A DNA stretch of 64,000 nucleotides from Amoebophrya sp. A120 (taxonomy: Eukaryota > Protista > Dinoflagellata), in NCBI GenBank assembly GCA_905178155.1, contig CAJINV010000004.1, positions 94,969 to 158,968 on the forward strand, written 5' to 3'. A program made the position numbers and the translations under genes. Of the stretch, positions 60,475 to 64,000 are shown piece by piece. Every line of letters starts with the position of its first letter. The stretch's first letter is position 1. The notes beneath the pieces were generated by a model. The model made no database searches and had not been told where the DNA came from. It saw only the letters and a program-made list of their open reading frames with translations.

Positions 60475-60808
60475 CTTGTCACTCGCTGGCAATCAATTGA
60501 CGGGGAAGGCAAGCGGGCTAGTTTCAGGTAGAAGAACGACTTCTGCGATTGAACATTTTTGAAAACAAGATGAAAACCTACAGTACGAACAATAATAACT
60601 CATCTGCGAAGGGGGCTTTCCTGTTGTAGGAAGCTTGTGCTTGTATAGAAGAAGTACTTTCCTCCTTGCAAATATGGTGCTGTCTACTTTTCTTTGATTG
60701 ATATTAACAATCAAAGAAAAGTAGACAGCACCAAAAAATTAAATGATTCCTGTGGATTCTTACAAGACTAATAAACTACGTACAAACTCATTCACATCTA
60801 CTCTGCAG

Positions 60809-62949
60809 ATATGATCGAACTGGGGGTGTGGGAAGAGCTTGTATCCCGTACAACAGCATCGCACTCGTAGTAATTGCGATTATCTATGCATTCATACAAA
60901 TCTTCATCCCAGGGTAAAACATTTGTCATGCAGCTGAGGTAGTTTATTGTAATGCAATTACCACTGGTACGATGCTGTTGCAATGCATAGCTTGACGTCA
61001 GTTGCAACTACTTCGAAAACGGGGACTTGCTCGATTTCGTGCGCCGAGCGGTGTTCTCCGGGAAGTACCCGAAACAGGTGAACATGCCCGTAGCGGCAAA
61101 AACGGAATTACCCTCATCCAGCGTTGGAGGAACAAGTAATGCACTACAAGAACCTCCAGTCGCTGGGGACAACGAAACGAGTGGAAAAAATGGCTATCAT
61201 GTATCGAGCAAAAATCTGTTATCGTTTATCGAATTGACAATTTGAAGCGAAAGCGACTATTTTTTTAAAGTTAGCTAGTGAGGGAGCTATCTTTGGCCCC
61301 GACTATTTTGATGTAGTTAGGTGCGATCGGTCACCCTTCTGGGGCAGCAAACGCTGAACGAGACGCGACCGATCTTGAGGTGGTGGCGGTCGGGTTCCAG
61401 TGTCGCGCTGGCATCCCAGGCCGGACTCGACGTCCGATCTTTGCCTCATGTCGCAATTCCGCCTGAGAACGCCAAAAGAGTAGACGAAGACCACCTTGCC
61501 CGAGAAAGCTCATGCGAAATACCTGCCACTGCGGTTGCAGAAGTGCCGGCAAAAGAGGAGAGATGAGGCGCAACGAATACGGATCGGCCTCATCCTGTAG
61601 TCTCAGCTTCAGCCCCGAGGAGGGCTCAGACACCGCCTCGCTCTGTCTGCCCACCATCTCGCGGCCACCATCGTCGCCGGGCTCTGACCAGACAACTGAT
61701 TGTTGTCTTGTTATCGGTTTGGCCTTCCGAACCGATAAGAGGCATTTAAACACGGCGGCACGCGGACTATAAAAGTGACCAAAAATGGTGCTTGTTATCG
61801 GTTTTGCCGGAGGCCTCTGAAAAATAGGCAATTTGGGAGGTCAAAGTTGCCGGATTTCCGAGTCCCTGTCCAAAACCGATAACATCGACGCTTTTTGGTC
61901 ACTTTTATAGTCCGCGTGGCACCGCGCTTAGCTCCATTTTTCAGGCCAGATCCCGGCGACGATGGTGGCCGCAAGATGGCGGGCAGGCAAAGGGGGGCGG
62001 TGCCCCGGTCTTGCTCGGTGCTGAGACGGGGAGTACAGGATGAGACGGAGCGGCATTCTTGTTGCCTCGTCCCTCCTCTTCCGCCGGCACTTTTGCAACC
62101 GCAGTGGCAGGCTTTTCGTGTGAGCTCTCCCGGATAAGCTGGCTTTCGTGCACTCTTCTGGCGTTCTCAGGCGGGATTGCGAGTGGGGCCAAGATCGGAC
62201 GTTGAGTCTGCCCCAGGATGATTTGCGCGGCATCGGAACCCGACCGCCAGCACCTCACGATCGGCCACGTCTCGCTCGCCGTCTGCTGCCCCAGAAGGAT
62301 GACCAAATGCACACAACTGGATCAAAATAATCATGACAAAAGGTAGCTTCTTCAGCAGCTAACTTTAAAAAAATTTTCGCTTTCGGTTGCAATCGTTTAT
62401 TCGATAACGATAACAGATTTTTGTTCGAGAACCTCCAGTCGCTGGGGACATCGAGACGAGTGGAAAAAATGGCTATCATACCGCGACGAACCAAAATGCG
62501 ACTTCTACTGCGGCACCCAACGGCATCAATCAAGGGCCACAGCTACTATCCAATGGCGTCGCTAGCGGAAGGGGCACGCCGACCAGTGCCAGAACCAGGT
62601 CCGTGCCACTCTTGCTGCGGTTACACAGCTATGCATTCTTGCAAAAGTCATATCGTACTAGTAGAAGTCGCATTTTTTTACAAATATCGCTCAGCATGAA
62701 GAGAAATGACAATGGGATTTGTCACACGGCCGCACCTTAAGAAGGGGGTTAGGGTTTGTCATGATGCATGATTGCGATTACTACGAATGCGACGCTTTTG
62801 CAGTGCATAACAGCAACCACGAGGCAGAGCTGGAAAAGGAAGCGCGAGCGGCGCTAGTGGCGGAGTTCGGGGACCGGCTGCAATTTGTGGAAAACACGAC
62901 TCTATCCACTACAAAAGTCTTTAAAATCGTACTTGCATTTGGGAAGTAG
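60809..62949 (+). CDS. Partial gene for an unknown protein with one LRR-like motif; upstream exons likely near 60.2-60.5 kb
   Basis: Manual splice: MIELGVWEEL|DVSCNYFENGDLLDFVRRAVFSGKYPKQ...GKNGYH|TATNQNAT...PLLLRLHS|NHEAELEKEARAALVAEFGDRLQF. Confidence 0.5.
60842..60989. mobile_element. Family B element (reverse orientation)
   Basis: tatcccgtacaacagcatcgcactcgta...gtacgatgctgttgcaatgcata; DR gcttg/gcttg. Confidence 0.85.
61152..62480. mobile_element. 1229-bp foldback element with family G-like ends, flanked by 50-bp direct repeats of exon sequence
   Basis: DR acctccagtcgctggggaca.cga.acgagtggaaaaaatggctatcat at 61152 and 62431; arms about 61202-61807 versus 61871-62430 are diverged inverted copies. 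Confidence 0.9.
62630..62809. mobile_element. Aged family B element
   Basis: tatgcattcttgcaaaagtcatatcgtactagtag...ctacgaatgcgacgcttttgcagtgcata; DR acagc/acagc. Confidence 0.82.
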
Positions 62950-64000
62950 TACGTGCATCGGTTCACAACTACACAACACTTTTTCTTTTTTAGACTGAAG
63001 CAGAATTGTGACTGAAACTGGATTACAATTAGAATTTTTACAATCAAGATTTACAGATTTATTGTTGTATGAGAAGCATGTCCTTGTACGTGATGTACGC
63101 GCATTTTTATATATACTTTTGTATTGCATAGACACCTGGCAGCGGTACCGGAAGAAAGTCATCCTTTTCCAACAAGAACCTGGATGAAACGGCAGGCAGG
63201 CAGGCGGAATTCCCGCCAATGGTGGCTGTGCTGGTACAGGAGCGCAGTTTTGCTTTTTTCCAGACCACAAATTAATGTAAATATTTTTGGTGCCCAACTT
63301 CTCGGTTTTCGTCTTTTAGAAATAAGTTGAACGTCAACGCTTTTTGAAATTCTCTTTTGCCCCCTACTTCTTCCAAGCAGGATGGATGAGGATCGAACGA
63401 ATTATTTGCGACGATTTTATCGAAGCCTGAGTCTATTCATTTACTTTTACCGGCAACTACCTGATTATATTTTTGTCAACATACTTATATAATTTCTTCT
63501 TCATCTAACTCTACTCAGATCGACAACCGCTTTGGGGAGTGCTTGCCGGCTCCACGTTATCCCGGAGAAAAAAGTGTGTGAGTGTAGGTCTGTTATGCTG
63601 AACATAAACTACATTCTAATGCTATGTATATGTAGTTTGTTCTTACAACACTCTTTGTCATGGTTGCAGATGCGTGTAGTCCTCGGCGATTTTCCTCACA
63701 GCGATCTTTTATTATGTCCACGCAGCACCCGATAGTACGGCTCGTGATCTTGTTCTCTTGCTTCACATCAAGTCTATGTATGTCCTCGACTGAGTACCAG
63801 ATGTGCGAAGAAGTAGGGGTGCTGATGAGCTGTGGGAAGAGGAGGACGATCAAGACGCTAGTAAGTACTACTAACATAGCCCAGAGGTCGTCGTCGTGCA
63901 GCTGGTACTTCTTACACTACTAGCACAGTTTTTTTACTGGACACCCGTTGGCCGACGCATAGTTCGTCATCGCTCGCTGCGAGTGGTCATCACCACGCTC

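Overview
Eukaryotic (protist) genomic DNA. It carries co-oriented + strand genes that are broken by about 40 non-canonical, transposon-like introns. Each intact element starts TAT, ends ATA, has terminal inverted repeats (TIRs; at least 8 families, labelled A-H here) and is flanked by a 5-bp direct repeat (DR). Removing the element plus one DR copy by hand restores conserved proteins: a RING-H2 protein, a GAF + thioredoxin-like protein, a DUF3431-like protein, a PPPDE/DeSI peptidase, an F-type-lectin-like protein and pyrroline-5-carboxylate reductase. The architecture matches, from memory, the introner elements described in the parasitic dinoflagellate Amoebophrya (A120-type TAT ends); the organism is inferred, not proven. 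Four things go beyond that picture. (1) Seven 0.7-1.8 kb non-coding inserts are flanked by long 37-57 bp direct repeats, two of them inside exons and bounded by introner-type ends. (2) One internal motif, TGT(C/G/A)ATGC, is shared in both orientations by all TIR families. (3) The elements are removed in either orientation, sometimes where no GT-AG is available. (4) The inserts contain structured arrays: exact 30-bp phased repeats, and hairpins that pair CTTACCTG with CAGGTAAG. No transposase, rRNA, tRNA or CRISPR was seen. All coordinates and splices were derived by eye.
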